Source of the DNA: Trueperaceae bacterium
GTDB lineage: Bacteria > Deinococcota > Deinococci > Deinococcales > Trueperaceae
Assembly: GCA_965213705.1 (NCBI GenBank)
Contig: OZ243913.1
Coordinates: forward strand, 3,360,001 to 3,424,000
Reading direction: 5' to 3'
DNA: 64,000 bases
Shown: in pieces, positions 19,795 to 30,397 of the stretch
Layout: every line of letters starts with the position of its first letter
Numbering within the stretch: position 1 is the stretch's first letter
Made by a program: the position numbers and the translations under genes
The notes under the pieces: model-generated
What the model saw: the letters and a program-made list of their open reading frames with translations, nothing else
Database searches by the model: none
What the model was told of the DNA's origin: nothing

Positions 19795-20526
19795 TCAGAC
19801 GAGGTAGATTTCGAAGCGCGTCGTTTTACCCGGCAGCGTGGCGCTCGGTTTGACGCCCAAAAAGCCGGCCTTCGCCGGACGTTTGACGACCACGCGGCGT
19901 TTGGCGACTCCGAGGGCCGTCTCAAAAAGAGCGTCAGCGTCCGAGTCGTCGCCCACCAGGTCCCGGAAAAACCGCATACTTTTCCGCTTGGCCGCCGTCT
20001 TATTCGTCTCGGGGTACATCGGGTCGAGGTAAACCGTGTCGGGGCGTTCGGCAGGGTCCAGGTTCAGCAGGACGTCGCGAGCCTCCCCCCAGACCAGGGT
20101 CATGCGGGCGGCAGCCTCGGCGGTGGCGGGGTCGTCCGCGGCGCGGCGCAAACCGTCTGCGAGCAGCGCCGCGACAACGCCTGAGCGTTCCACCAGCGTG
20201 ACCCGGCACCCTTCGGCGGCCAGCACGAAAGCGTCGCCGCCCAAACCCGCGGTGGCGTCCAGGACGGTCGGCCGGAACGAACTCCTCACGCCGACGGCTC
20301 GAGCCACGGCCTCGCGTTTGCCGTGACGGCGGCCCAACGCCGAAAAGTCCACGTAGACCGGCCCGGTTCGCGACGCGGTCTCGCGCAGCTCGAGGCGTTC
20401 GGGCGTTGCAACGAGTAGGTAGTCGGCATCCTCCCCGACTACAAGCGGCACCTGCAACATCCGCGCCAGCTCGGCGGCGACCGTTTCGTCTCCACCCACG
20501 TTGCTTATCCCGATGCTCGCCGTCAC
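19795..20526 (-). CDS. rsmJ: 16S rRNA m2G1516 methyltransferase
   Basis: VLDATAGLGGDAFVLA, VYLDPMYP, RVVVKRP. Confidence 0.88.
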   Translation of the reverse strand: MTASIGISNVGGDETVAAELARMLQVPLVVGEDADYLLVATPERLELRETASRTGPVYVDFSALGRRHGKREAVARAVGVRSSFRPTVLDATAGLGGDAFVLAAEGCRVTLVERSGVVAALLADGLRRAADDPATAEAAARMTLVWGEARDVLLNLDPAERPDTVYLDPMYPETNKTAAKRKSMRFFRDLVGDDSDADALFETALGVAKRRVVVKRPAKAGFLGVKPSATLPGKTTRFEIYLV

Positions 20527-20691
20527 GTTTCTATCGTACTCGGACCGGGCAACGCCTCTCGTTCAAACGGCGTGTGAAAAAGTGATGGTAAAGCTACGGA
20601 TAATAAGCTAGTATAAAAAGCGGCTTACGCTTGTTAAGAAGCACATCCTACTCGCCTTAGACACGAAGGCAAAACCAACCAGGAGGCAACG

Positions 20692-22008
20692 ATGAGTAAC
20701 CGGACTTTGGCTGAACGCCGCGCTGCGGCCGTCGCGCCGGCGGCCTACAGCGTCCACCCGTTCTACCCCGAGCGCGCCGCGGGCTCGTACGTGTGGGACG
20801 CCGACGGCAAAAAGTACCTCGACTGGTCGGTCGGGATTGCCGTGATGAACGTCGGGCACTCGCACCCGAAAGTGCTGGAGGCCGTGAAAAAACAGGTCGA
20901 CACCTTCCAACACCTCTGTTTCGCGGTCGGCATGAACGAGACCTACATCGAGTTATCCGAAAAGCTCAACGAAATCGCGCCGGGCTCGTCGCCAAAAAAG
21001 ACCTTCCTCATCAACTCCGGGGCCGAGGCGGTCGAGAACGCGGTGAAAATCGCTCGAGCCTACACGGGTCGTCAGGGCATCGTCAGTTTCACCCACGCTT
21101 TCCACGGCCGCACCCACATGGCGCTGTCGTTGACCGGCAAGTCCGACCCCTACAAGGCGGGCTTTGCGCCGCGCGCCGCCGAGGTCTACCGGGCCTACTA
21201 CCCCTACTGCTACCGCTGCCCGTACGGCGGCCCCAAAGACGGCGCGTGCTGCCAGAGTGACTTGGCACAACTCAAAGACCTCGTCAAGACGACCATTGGC
21301 GAGCGTGAGGTGGCGGCTTTCATTGTGGAGCCCGTCGCCGGGGAGGGCGGGTTCATCCCCGCGCCGGAAAGCTTCTTGAGAAGCCTGCGCGCTTACTGCA
21401 CCGAAATCGGCGCGCTCTGGATAGACGACGAGGTGCAAGCGGGCATCGGCCGCACCGGTGCGTGGTGGGCGGTCGACCACTACGACCTGGAGCCCGACCT
21501 AGTTTGCTCGGCCAAGGCGCTGTCGTCGGGCTTTCCGCTTTCGGCGGTCGTCGGCAAGGCCGAGGTCATGGACGAAATTGCCCCCGGCATGTTGGGCTCG
21601 ACCTTTGGCGGCAACCCGGTGAGCTGCGCCGCCGCGCTCGCGACCCTGAACGTCGTCGAGGAAGAGGGTCTGTTGGAACGCGCCCAAAACTTAGGCGCAG
21701 TGCTGCAAGACCGGCTCGGCCAACTGCAAAACCAGTTTGAACAGGTCGGCGACGTGCGCGGCCTGGGCGCGATGGTGGGCATCGAGTTCGTCAACGAAGG
21801 TAGCAAAACCCCGAACAAAGCGGCGGTCGAGGCAGTGACCGCTCACGCTCGAGAAGCCGGCCTCATCTTGCTGCCGACCGGCACCTATAGCAACGTGATT
21901 CGCCTGTTGCCACCCCTCAACATGAGCGACGCGGCGTTGGAAGAAGGCTTGGAAAAACTCACCACCGCCATAAAAAGCGTGCTCGAGCCCGTGACGGCGG
22001 TCGCTTGA
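20692..22008 (+). CDS. gabT: 4-aminobutyrate--2-oxoglutarate aminotransferase (class III)
   Basis: NSGAEAVENAVKIAR, FHGRT, EPVAGEGG, DEVQAG, SAK PLP lysine, NVIRLLPPL; AGGAGG RBS. Confidence 0.88.
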   Translation: MSNRTLAERRAAAVAPAAYSVHPFYPERAAGSYVWDADGKKYLDWSVGIAVMNVGHSHPKVLEAVKKQVDTFQHLCFAVGMNETYIELSEKLNEIAPGSSPKKTFLINSGAEAVENAVKIARAYTGRQGIVSFTHAFHGRTHMALSLTGKSDPYKAGFAPRAAEVYRAYYPYCYRCPYGGPKDGACCQSDLAQLKDLVKTTIGEREVAAFIVEPVAGEGGFIPAPESFLRSLRAYCTEIGALWIDDEVQAGIGRTGAWWAVDHYDLEPDLVCSAKALSSGFPLSAVVGKAEVMDEIAPGMLGSTFGGNPVSCAAALATLNVVEEEGLLERAQNLGAVLQDRLGQLQNQFEQVGDVRGLGAMVGIEFVNEGSKTPNKAAVEAVTAHAREAGLILLPTGTYSNVIRLLPPLNMSDAALEEGLEKLTTAIKSVLEPVTAVA

Positions 22009-22230
22009 GGTTCCGCCGCCTTTTGTAGCGCGTGCCGTCCAGGGTGACGAGGTTCAGCGTCGGCTGAGATTCCGGGCAGGTCGTGAGGTCATGGGCTCAA
22101 GCCACCGCCAAGCTGAGCACGGCTTGGTGCGGCTCACGCGGGACCTAACAGTTCGTCCCCACGCTCGCTCGAGCAAGCAACAGTCGCCCCTGACGCTGAG
22201 CTTTCGGCACGCTTTTGTCAGCAACTACCC

Positions 22231-22259
22231 TTGGCAGACAGGGAACGGCCTGGTATACT
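22231..22259 (+). promoter_or_regulatory. Sigma70-type promoter of tRNA-Trp
   Basis: TTGGCA-17 nt-TATACT just upstream of the tRNA. Confidence 0.7.
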
Positions 22260-22273
22260 TCTAAAGCGTTTAC

Positions 22274-22349
<76 letters not shown>

Positions 22350-22381
22350 GGAGAAACACCGTCTCTGACGGAACAAATAAG

Positions 22382-22413
22382 AACGCGGTGAAATTTAAAT
22401 CTCACCGCGTTTT
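22382..22413 (+). terminator. Intrinsic terminator after tRNA-Trp
   Basis: AACGCGGTGA...TCACCGCGTT followed by T tract. Confidence 0.7.
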
Positions 22414-22439
22414 CTTGTTTGTGCGCCTATAGTGTGATA

Positions 22440-23002
22440 GGTTCGCCGCCGAAGCAGCAAGGGACCGGGACTTGGAAGCGTTGTGGCAGTTGACCGAAGC
22501 CCACCTGACCCTGCACGGCTCGGCGGGCTCGAGAGTGTCCAGCAACACCCTGACGAGTTACCGAAGGTACGTGTTCCACCTTATCGACACGTGGTCGGGT
22601 GAGGCGCTGCTGCGACCCTCAAGAAATGCCGGGGTACTTTGGGTCCGGGAACTCGAAGCCGCGTTTAAGCCCGCCACCGTCCGGGTAAAGCTGGCCGCGG
22701 CTCGCGCCCTCTACGCCGCCCTGCGCTGGAGCGGTGCTACCACGTTTGACCCCTTTGCCGATGTCAAACCCGGCCGCGACCTCACCCCGGCCTGGGAAAA
22801 GCGGCAGGCTTACACCCTGAACGAAATCGAATGGCTGACTCGGGTGGCTGAAGGCTATACCTTATCTACAGTTCTTTTAGGAGCCCACGCCGGTTTGCGT
22901 GTCAGTGAAATGACCTCGTTACGTTGGGAAGACATCCGGCTGAGTGAGAAGAAGTTGACGGTCAGGAAAAGTGACCTGTTGTTTTTACGACCGCAGGCGT
23001 AG
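22440..23002 (+). pseudogene. Truncated tyrosine recombinase/integrase
   Basis: SAM-like core (NTLTSYR, KPATVRVKLAAARALY) and box I (HAGLRVSE..LRWEDI), but no HxxR or catalytic Tyr and no clear start; adjacent to tRNA-Trp. Confidence 0.85.
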
Positions 23003-23009
23003 CCAGGGT

Positions 23010-24320
23010 CTACTGGCCTTGCACAAGCCGTGGAAGCCAAAGGGCTATGTCAGGAAAAAGGGCAACTAGAACAAGGGCGACGACCTGCAGACCGATAAAA
23101 GGCCACTGGGCTGCAAGAATTTCATTCAAACTGATCTCGGGCGGTGCAACGCCTTTTAGATAAAAACAAGCCGGCCCAAAGGGTGGCGACAGGTAAGAAA
23201 TTTGCATGGCGAGGTTGAACAGGATGCCGAACCAAACAGCGTCGTAGCCGAGCGCCAGCACGGTGGGCAGAAAAATCGGCATCGTCAAAAACAGAATGCC
23301 TATCCAGTCGATAAAGAACCCCAGAAATATAAACACGCATAACATGATGACGATGATGACGACTGGGTTGCTCGAGACCCCCGTCAGCAAACCTTTAGCA
23401 AAGGCGATGCCGCCTATAGCGTTGTAAACCCCGATGAGTGCATTCGTGCCGAACACGAGCCACAAGACAACACCGCAGGTTTTAAAAGTCTGCGCAAGCG
23501 CGTCGCGCAGCATCCGCCACGAAAAAGCGCCGCGTAAGACCGCGGCCAGCAGCGAGCCGACCACGCCGAGCGCAGCGGCCTCGGATACCGAAGCGAGCCC
23601 CAAGTAAATCGACCCGAGCACTGAGAAAGCTACCAGCAGCGGCAGGGCCACGCCCCTGAGCGCACGCAGTTTGTCAGCAAAAGGCACGTCTATATCGGCC
23701 ACGGGTGCCAATGCAGGGTTGAGGTTGACGCGCGTGAGAATATAGAGCATGTAGAGCGCCGCCAACAGCAACCCCGGCAAAATCGTTGCCAAAAACAGGG
23801 CGCTAATAGACACCTGTGCGGTCAGGCCATAGAAGATGAGGATAATCGAGGGTGGAATCATGGTGCCGAGCGAGCCGCCCGCCGTGATGGTGCCGATGGC
23901 GAGCTTGCGGTCGTAGCCGAGCCTTAGCATCTGCGGCAGCGCCACCAGCCCCAGCAGCACGATTTCCCCGCCGATGATGCCGGTCGTCGCGCCCAAGAAC
24001 ACCGCCACGACCGTGGTGATAAGGGCCACTCCGCCCCGCAAACGACCTGCCCAAACGTTGAAAGCGTCATACAAATCTTTGGCGACGCCGGAACGCTCGA
24101 GCACCGACGCCATAAGTACGAACATGGGCACCGCCACGAGCGAGAACGACTCCAACAGGTCGACCGTGCGGCTGCCCATGACGAAGAGCGCGTTGGGACC
24201 AAACTCGCTCAGGGTGACGACGACCGCTATCGAACCCGCCACAAAGGCGAGCGGCACCCCCAGCGTGAGGAGCGTGACGAGAGTGCCCACGATAAGTAAG
24301 GAGATGGTCGCGATGTCGAT
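23010..24320 (-). CDS. dctM: TRAP transporter large permease DctM (expected start reads ATC)
   Basis: LVAVPMFVLMA, GGSLGTMIPPS, SYLSPPFG; in-frame IDIATISLL follows a GAGGA RBS. Confidence 0.9.
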   Translation of the reverse strand: MDIATISLLIVGTLVTLLTLGVPLAFVAGSIAVVVTLSEFGPNALFVMGSRTVDLLESFSLVAVPMFVLMASVLERSGVAKDLYDAFNVWAGRLRGGVALITTVVAVFLGATTGIIGGEIVLLGLVALPQMLRLGYDRKLAIGTITAGGSLGTMIPPSIILIFYGLTAQVSISALFLATILPGLLLAALYMLYILTRVNLNPALAPVADIDVPFADKLRALRGVALPLLVAFSVLGSIYLGLASVSEAAALGVVGSLLAAVLRGAFSWRMLRDALAQTFKTCGVVLWLVFGTNALIGVYNAIGGIAFAKGLLTGVSSNPVVIIVIMLCVFIFLGFFIDWIGILFLTMPIFLPTVLALGYDAVWFGILFNLAMQISYLSPPFGPACFYLKGVAPPEISLNEILAAQWPFIGLQVVALVLVALFPDIALWLPRLVQGQ

Positions 24321-24323
24321 AGG

Positions 24324-24902
24324 TTAGGTCCTCGGTTTCTGCTTCGGTGTAGGCTTCGGTCTCCGCTGAAAGAGCAGCACAAATTGCAGCACGACCACAA
24401 GCAAAAAAAGCGCCGAGCCGAGGCAGAGCGACAAGTTGATAAACCCTGGAATCGGCGGGTTCCAGTACGAGCCGGAACGTTCGGGCGTCCAGGTGCCGTC
24501 GGCGGCGAACTTAAAAAGTGAGCGCTGCGTCATGCGCGCCGTGGCGAAGGTTAAGCCGGACAAGTACACCACCGCGACAAAAGTGCTGAGGATGTCGGAC
24601 AACCACAAACCGCGCGCCCCGAACCTGTCGGTGAGGACGGTAATGCGCATGTGCGAGCGGTCGGCCATACAGTAGGCCCCGCCGAAGATGAACGCGAAGC
24701 CTCCCAAGGCCACGGTCGACTCGTGTGCCCAAAAGGTCGGCGCGTTGAACACGTAACGAGCGACCACCTCGTAGGTAATCATCGCCATCATCACGACGAA
24801 CAGCCACGAAATGAGGTTGCCTAAGCGGACGACGAAAGCCTCGAGCCCCGTCGGAGTCTCGAGCGGCACTTCGTGAGGAGGTGGAACTGACGGCTCTGAC
24901 AT
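24324..24902 (-). CDS. dctQ: TRAP transporter small permease DctQ
   Basis: YEVVARYVFNAPTFWAHE, GAY...HMRI; four TM segments. Confidence 0.9.
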   Translation of the reverse strand: MSEPSVPPPHEVPLETPTGLEAFVVRLGNLISWLFVVMMAMITYEVVARYVFNAPTFWAHESTVALGGFAFIFGGAYCMADRSHMRITVLTDRFGARGLWLSDILSTFVAVVYLSGLTFATARMTQRSLFKFAADGTWTPERSGSYWNPPIPGFINLSLCLGSALFLLVVVLQFVLLFQRRPKPTPKQKPRT

Positions 24903-24980
24903 CTGCTTTGGCTTATCCTCCGAGCTTTGCAAACGGTTTAAAATCACGACCTTGAACTGCCGACGACCGAAGCCCGACTC

Positions 24981-25018
24981 TTTTCTGCCCCACTTTTCTT
25001 TCGAAGTGGGGCAGAAAA
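24981..25018 (-). terminator. Hairpin between dctP and dctQ (terminator/stabiliser)
   Basis: TTTTCTGCCCCACTT...AAGTGGGGCAGAAAA inverted repeat. Confidence 0.7.
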
Positions 25019-25025
25019 TCACCTG

Positions 25026-26030
25026 TTAGTTGAGTCCTTCCAAGTACGCCCTATAGCTGTCGATGATCGCTTTTGTTTCGGGACTCTTTTGCGACCAATC
25101 GTCCCAAATTTCGAACACGAGGTTTCTCAGGGTTTCTTTGTCCGCGTCGCCGAACTCGATAAAGGTCACGCCGAGGTCGTCTTCGGCGAGTTGAATGGCC
25201 GCCGCGTCGTCGGCTTGCAGGCGCTCGGCCAGGGTCGCGGACATGTCGGCGACGGCTTGCTCAAAGGCGGTTTGCGCTTCGGGTGAAAGGGCGTCCCATT
25301 TCGCCTTGGACACGCTCACCTCGGTGATGGCGGACGAGTGGTTGGCGGCAATTGAATACTTGGCCGCGTTGTGCAGCCCGATGGCGACGTTGAGGCTGGG
25401 GCTGGCGATGTCCGCGCCGTCGACCACGCCCGTCTCGAGCGCGTTCACGGTTTCGGACACGGGCAAGTTGACGATGGTCGCGCCCGCGCGGGTCAGCAGG
25501 TCGCCGACCAATCCTTCGGGCGAGCGGATTTTGTAGCCTTGAAAGTCGGCAATCGAATTCACGGCTTTGGTCGAGGGAATTTGCTCGACGGGCCAGTAGA
25601 CGAGACCGACGAGGTGCAGGCCGTACGCGTCGTAAAGGCTCCGGGCCAGCTCGAGCCCGCCCCCGTCGCTAAACCAGCCGTCGCGCTCTTCCAGGGTCGG
25701 GAACGCGGCGAGCGTGTCGCCCAGTACGGCGAACGCCGGGTCTTTGCCCGCGAAGTAGCTCGGCGCGGTGTATTCGCCGTCCAAAAGACCGTTCTCGATC
25801 GCGTCGAGCGTTTCGGTCACGCCGACGACCGCGCCGCCCGGCAAGACTTCGATGTCGACCTCGCCGTCGGTCGCCTCCCGCAGCGCGTCGGCCATCTCTT
25901 GAAACGCAATCGTGGTAGTGGCGTTTTCACCCAAAAAGGTCTGCATCCTGAACCTTTCAGCCTGGGCGCTGCCGAACAGCAGGAAAGCGGTGGTCGCGAT
26001 AAGTAGGGCTCGAGCGAGTATAGGTTTCAT
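25026..26030 (-). CDS. dctP: TRAP substrate-binding protein DctP
   Basis: Signal peptide; EVLPGGAVV, GYKIRSP, ALETGVVDGA. Confidence 0.9.
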   Translation of the reverse strand: MKPILARALLIATTAFLLFGSAQAERFRMQTFLGENATTTIAFQEMADALREATDGEVDIEVLPGGAVVGVTETLDAIENGLLDGEYTAPSYFAGKDPAFAVLGDTLAAFPTLEERDGWFSDGGGLELARSLYDAYGLHLVGLVYWPVEQIPSTKAVNSIADFQGYKIRSPEGLVGDLLTRAGATIVNLPVSETVNALETGVVDGADIASPSLNVAIGLHNAAKYSIAANHSSAITEVSVSKAKWDALSPEAQTAFEQAVADMSATLAERLQADDAAAIQLAEDDLGVTFIEFGDADKETLRNLVFEIWDDWSQKSPETKAIIDSYRAYLEGLN

Positions 26031-26087
26031 CGTTTCTCCTTGTCTAAACGGTATAGGGCTTGGATTGGAGACCGGAATATATCAAGC

Positions 26088-26891
26088 TCACGAGTCAGGT
26101 TTCACCTCCGAATTTGTTGCGTACAGCCCTTGCTGCAGCTCGCGCAAACCGCTGAGCCACAAAGAAATGTCGGTGCTCACCGCCACGCACTGCGCGCCTT
26201 TTTCTACGAGCGCGTGCGCGTGCACAGCGTTCCAGGCGAAGTTGGCAACGGGAACGCCGCGAGCTTTTGCCGCGGCGTGAACCTTTTGCCTCGCTCCTTC
26301 GACCTCGTCGTCCGCGTCGAAAGGATTCGCTTTGCCGAGCGCCACGCCCAGGTCGAAGTGGCCGAACCACACCATGCCAACGCCCTCGACATCCAAAATT
26401 GTGTCGATATTGTCGACGCCTGCTGGGTCTTCGATAAGGGGGCCGATAAGAGGAACGGGCTGAGCAGGGTCGAAATAGTCGTGCCAAGGACGCACACCGT
26501 AGCGGGCCGCCCGAGTGACGGGGGCCGCGCCGCGGCGGCCCAGCGGGGGCCAGGCGGCCGCCGACACCGCCTTTTTCATGTCCTCAGCACTTTTAACATG
26601 GGGCACGACGACGCCCTGCGCGCCTAAGTCGAGGGCGGTGCCTATTTGCCCGAAGTCGTTGCTGCGGACCCGCACCCACGGCGTCACGCCGCCCGCGTCG
26701 GCGGCGCGTAAAAGGTGCTCGAGCCCCGGCCCGAAAGGCGCGGTCGCCGAGTGCTCGCAGTCGATGACCACGAAGTCGAACCCCAACATGCCGAGCATCT
26801 CGACGAACACGGGCGAGTCGGCCAGCGCAAAGGTGCCGAATAGCCGCTTGCCCGCTTTTAGTCTTGTGTGCAAGTCGGGTGCGGGATTCAA
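26088..26891 (-). CDS. HpcH/HpaI family class II aldolase
   Basis: GFDFVVIDCEHS, ALDLGAQGVVVPHV, PPLGRRG, LIED. Confidence 0.9.
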   Translation of the reverse strand: MNPAPDLHTRLKAGKRLFGTFALADSPVFVEMLGMLGFDFVVIDCEHSATAPFGPGLEHLLRAADAGGVTPWVRVRSNDFGQIGTALDLGAQGVVVPHVKSAEDMKKAVSAAAWPPLGRRGAAPVTRAARYGVRPWHDYFDPAQPVPLIGPLIEDPAGVDNIDTILDVEGVGMVWFGHFDLGVALGKANPFDADDEVEGARQKVHAAAKARGVPVANFAWNAVHAHALVEKGAQCVAVSTDISLWLSGLRELQQGLYATNSEVKPDS

Positions 26892-27802
26892 GGCACGCTC
26901 CGGCTCGGCAAGTCGGGGCGCGCGCGCAGGCCGAGAAGCTCGCGTGTCTGAGCGGGCGTGGCAATCTCGCGGCCGAGAAGCCGGGCGAGGTCGACCACCT
27001 TGCGAACCAAGTCGCCGTTGTGGGGGGTTCCGAAGCGTTCATAGGGCGCGTCACCCAAGCCTATGGCGACGTGCCCGCCCAGCGTGATGGCCCAGGCGGC
27101 TACCGGCAGCACGTCGCCATTCCAGGACAAGACGAGCCACGGCTCGCCCGCGGGTATGGCCGCCACCAGTGCTTGCAAGGCGTGGATCTCGCTCGGCGTG
27201 CCGCTCGGCATGGTTTCGCCGGAAAAGACAAACTCCCACAAGGGCGCTTTATGTAACAAGCCCATCTCCTGAAAACAGCGGGCCGTCCGTACTTGGCCTA
27301 AGTCCCAGCAGACCGCGGTGACGAAGACATCGTGCGCCTTGAAGACCTCCAACACGCTTTTTAGGTTTGCGCGGCTGTTTCTGTAGACACGGTCGGTCGT
27401 CTCAAACCGTTTTGTCTGCGGGTTCCAAAAGTCCACGTTGAGCGAGCCGAAGTCCACCGGGGCCAACTCGACCTTGAGGCGCAAGTCGTCGTTGACGGCC
27501 AAGACGTGTTTGACCCGCTCGCTTATGTCCTCCTGAGTGATGTAGCCGAGCGTCGGGTGAATCAGCAGGTCGGTCTGCTCACGAATGCCCGTGATGACGT
27601 CTAAGTAGAGTTCAACATCGTTTTGCGGCTCGCCCGTTTGGGGGTTGCGCCCGTGCCAATGAAAAACCGACGCGCCCGCTTCCCAGGCGCGCACCGCCTC
27701 GCGGACGATTTCATCGGGGCCGTAGGGGAGGTTGGGGTTTCCGTTGCGGTACGCGGTTTCGTTGCAGCGGCATTCGATGATGAGGGGATTTGCCGCGTTC
27801 AT
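26888..27802 (-). CDS. Beta-keto acid cleavage enzyme (BKACE/DUF849)
   Basis: NPNLPYGPDEI, AGASVFHWHGR, GGHVAIGLGD, REIATPAQTRELL. Confidence 0.88.
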   Translation of the reverse strand: MNAANPLIIECRCNETAYRNGNPNLPYGPDEIVREAVRAWEAGASVFHWHGRNPQTGEPQNDVELYLDVITGIREQTDLLIHPTLGYITQEDISERVKHVLAVNDDLRLKVELAPVDFGSLNVDFWNPQTKRFETTDRVYRNSRANLKSVLEVFKAHDVFVTAVCWDLGQVRTARCFQEMGLLHKAPLWEFVFSGETMPSGTPSEIHALQALVAAIPAGEPWLVLSWNGDVLPVAAWAITLGGHVAIGLGDAPYERFGTPHNGDLVRKVVDLARLLGREIATPAQTRELLGLRARPDLPSRSVP

Positions 27803-29784
27803 AAAAGCTCCTTGGCGGCGGCGACGATGTCGCGCCAGCCCGGAATGCTGGCGCGCTCCAAGTCGCTTTGGTAGGGCATGGGGTGATGCGGCGCGCCGAG
27901 GCGTTTGATGGGTTTTTCAAGCTCGTCGAAGGCCTGCTCGCCGATGAGCGCCGCCATTTCCGCCCCGATGCCCATAAACGTGACCGCCTCGTGAATGATA
28001 ACCACGCGTCCGGTCTTTTTCGCCGACGCGACCAAGGTGTCGGTGTCGAGTGGATAGAGGCTGCGCGGGTCGATAACCTCGGCGCTGACCCCTACACGCT
28101 CGAGCTGTTTGGCCGCCGTGACGGCCTGCTTGACCATCGCTTGGGTGGCAATAAGGGTAACGTCCGTACCAGCGCGAACTGTGTTGGCCTTGCCAATTTG
28201 GAGGTAGTAGGGCGCTTCGGGCACCGCGGCCTTGTCGAACAGCAGCGACTTGCTCTCGATGAAGACCACCGGGTTGTCGTCGCGGATGGCGGCGAGCAGC
28301 AAACCCTTGGCGTCGTAGGCGTTCGACGGGGCCAACACGACGAGCCCCGGCACGTGCGCGAACCAGGCTTCCAAATTCTGCGAGTGCTGCGCCGCCAACC
28401 TCACCCCGCCCCCGCCCGGGCCCCGCACCACGAGCGGCACGGTCGGGGTGCCGCCGAACATGAAGCGCATCTTGGCCGCTTGGTTAACGAGCGCGTCCAT
28501 CGCCAGGGTGACAAAATCAAAAATTTGAATCTCCACAACCGGCCTGAGCCCGGTGAGGGCCGCGCCCACCGCGAGCCCCACGAAGCCGAGTTCGGAAATC
28601 GGCGTGTCGCGCACGCGGGCGTCGCCAAACGCGTCATGCAGGCCTTCAGTCGCGCGAAAAATTCCGCCCATGCGGATGTCCTCGCCGATGACGACCACGT
28701 CGTCGTCCACCGCCATCGCCTGGTGCAGCGCCTCGCTGACGGCTTCGGACATGTAGAGTTTGCGTTCACCAGAAGCAGGTTCGCTTTCAGCTGTTTTGAA
28801 AGGTGCGTAGACTGAGGAAAGTAGGTCCTCGGCTCGAGCGTCTTCACTTTCTCGGGCGAACAGCACCGCCGCCTCAACCTCGGCCGCGACTTCTTCGCAT
28901 AAGCGCTCGAGCGCTTCGTCCTCCACCCCCGCTTCTTGTAGGGAGGTTGCAAAACGCGCTACCGGGTCGCGGGCGACCCAGGCTTCTCTCGAGCCGTCCT
29001 CAAAGGCGGGCAGGTTGGCGCGCAGCGAGTGCTGCATCTGCCGGTAAGTCAGGGCTTCGATAAATGCCGGGCCGTGACCCGAGCGCGCGGCTTCTGCAAA
29101 GCGGGCAACTGCGTCCCGCACGGCGAACACGTCGTTGCCGTCGACCACTTCGCTCGGCATGTCGTAGGCCGCGGCGCGCGCGGCGACGCTTTCCAGCGGG
29201 CGGCTGTCACGCCAGCTTGTGGTGAGCGCGAACTGGTTGTTTTCGCACAAAAACAGAACTGGCAGCTTCCACACGGCGGCCAGGTTCATGGCTTCGTGGG
29301 TCACGCCCTCACCCGCGGCCCCGTCGCCAAATACCGCCACCGCGACGCGGTCCTCGCCCTTGTTGAGCGCCCGCAGCGCCGCGCCGCAGGCCAGCGGCAG
29401 CCCCGCGCCCACTACACCGTTACACCCCAAAATGTTGAGGGATAAGTCGGCGATGTGCATTGAGCCGCCCAGGCCGCGGCAGTAACCCGTGCGCTTGCCC
29501 ATGAGTTCGGCCATCATCTTGTTGACGTCGCCGCCCTTGGCGATGACGTGTCCGTGGGAGCGGTGGTGTCCGGCCAGGTAGTCGTCAGGACGTAAGGCGC
29601 TCCCCAACCCGACCGCGACGGCTTCTTGTCCCACACAACTGTGCGCGGTGCCTTTGATGTCGCCGGCTGCGAACAGCTCGGCGGCGCGCTCCTCGAAGCG
29701 CCGGATGAGGAGGAGTTGCCGGTACAGCCCCAGCAGAGTTTCTTGTGACGCTGCCAGGTCCGTGGCGACCGTATCCACCGCCAC
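27799..29784 (-). CDS. Fused alpha/beta ThDP-dependent 2-oxoacid/acetoin dehydrogenase E1
   Basis: Alpha half: GQEA, GGSMH, FGDGA..E..N; beta half: GED, DTPISE, QHSQ, HEA; GTG start after GAGGA. Confidence 0.92.
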   Translation of the reverse strand: MAVDTVATDLAASQETLLGLYRQLLLIRRFEERAAELFAAGDIKGTAHSCVGQEAVAVGLGSALRPDDYLAGHHRSHGHVIAKGGDVNKMMAELMGKRTGYCRGLGGSMHIADLSLNILGCNGVVGAGLPLACGAALRALNKGEDRVAVAVFGDGAAGEGVTHEAMNLAAVWKLPVLFLCENNQFALTTSWRDSRPLESVAARAAAYDMPSEVVDGNDVFAVRDAVARFAEAARSGHGPAFIEALTYRQMQHSLRANLPAFEDGSREAWVARDPVARFATSLQEAGVEDEALERLCEEVAAEVEAAVLFARESEDARAEDLLSSVYAPFKTAESEPASGERKLYMSEAVSEALHQAMAVDDDVVVIGEDIRMGGIFRATEGLHDAFGDARVRDTPISELGFVGLAVGAALTGLRPVVEIQIFDFVTLAMDALVNQAAKMRFMFGGTPTVPLVVRGPGGGGVRLAAQHSQNLEAWFAHVPGLVVLAPSNAYDAKGLLLAAIRDDNPVVFIESKSLLFDKAAVPEAPYYLQIGKANTVRAGTDVTLIATQAMVKQAVTAAKQLERVGVSAEVIDPRSLYPLDTDTLVASAKKTGRVVIIHEAVTFMGIGAEMAALIGEQAFDELEKPIKRLGAPHHPMPYQSDLERASIPGWRDIVAAAKELL

Positions 29785-29785
29785 C

Positions 29786-30211
29786 CTAATCCTCTTTCCC
29801 AGCACCCGCGCCTGCACCCGCGTAAGCCGTGCATTTGATTTCTACCAAAATGCCGGGCATCGAAAAGCCGCTGACGGCAAAACCTGTCCAGGTCGGATAA
29901 CGGTTCACAAAATAGCGGTCCTTAACTTCCATAAACAGAGCCAGGTCGTTCATGTCTTTTGCAAAGTAGGTTTCGAGTCCGACGACATCGTCGAACTCCA
30001 ATCCAGCCGCTCGGAGAACCTTGCCTACGTTTTCGAAGGCTTGCGAAAACTGCGCAGCGGGGTCTGCGACGACGTTCAAGTTTTCGTCTCGACCCACCTG
30101 TCCGGAAACAAACAGAAAATCGCCCGCGCGAATGCCGGGCGCGTAGCGATAGCGCTCGAAAATGTTCTCCATACCCGCTGGTACGATGACTTGACGGTTT
30201 TCCTGCTTCAC
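29786..30211 (-). CDS. RidA/YjgF family protein
   Basis: YAPGIRAGDFLFVSGQVG, YPTWT, LVEIKCTA. Confidence 0.88.
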   Translation of the reverse strand: MKQENRQVIVPAGMENIFERYRYAPGIRAGDFLFVSGQVGRDENLNVVADPAAQFSQAFENVGKVLRAAGLEFDDVVGLETYFAKDMNDLALFMEVKDRYFVNRYPTWTGFAVSGFSMPGILVEIKCTAYAGAGAGAGKED

Positions 30212-30397
30212 TTCGGCTCCCTCACTCAACTTGAGCAAACAGCGTCCAGCGTTGCCTTTGCATGACCCACAGCGCTGCATACTTCTTTGTCAGCACCGCC
30301 TCAAACTTTAGATGCTGCCGACTCTAGCACAGAACTTCACGATTGTCCAACAATCCTACGATTGACATAGTGAAGCTGGCCTCTGTATCTTTGGGGG

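Noticed and set aside
22085..22146. Imperfect long hairpin between gabT and tRNA-Trp
   Set aside because: GC-rich pairing without a recognisable family motif or a second copy in the window
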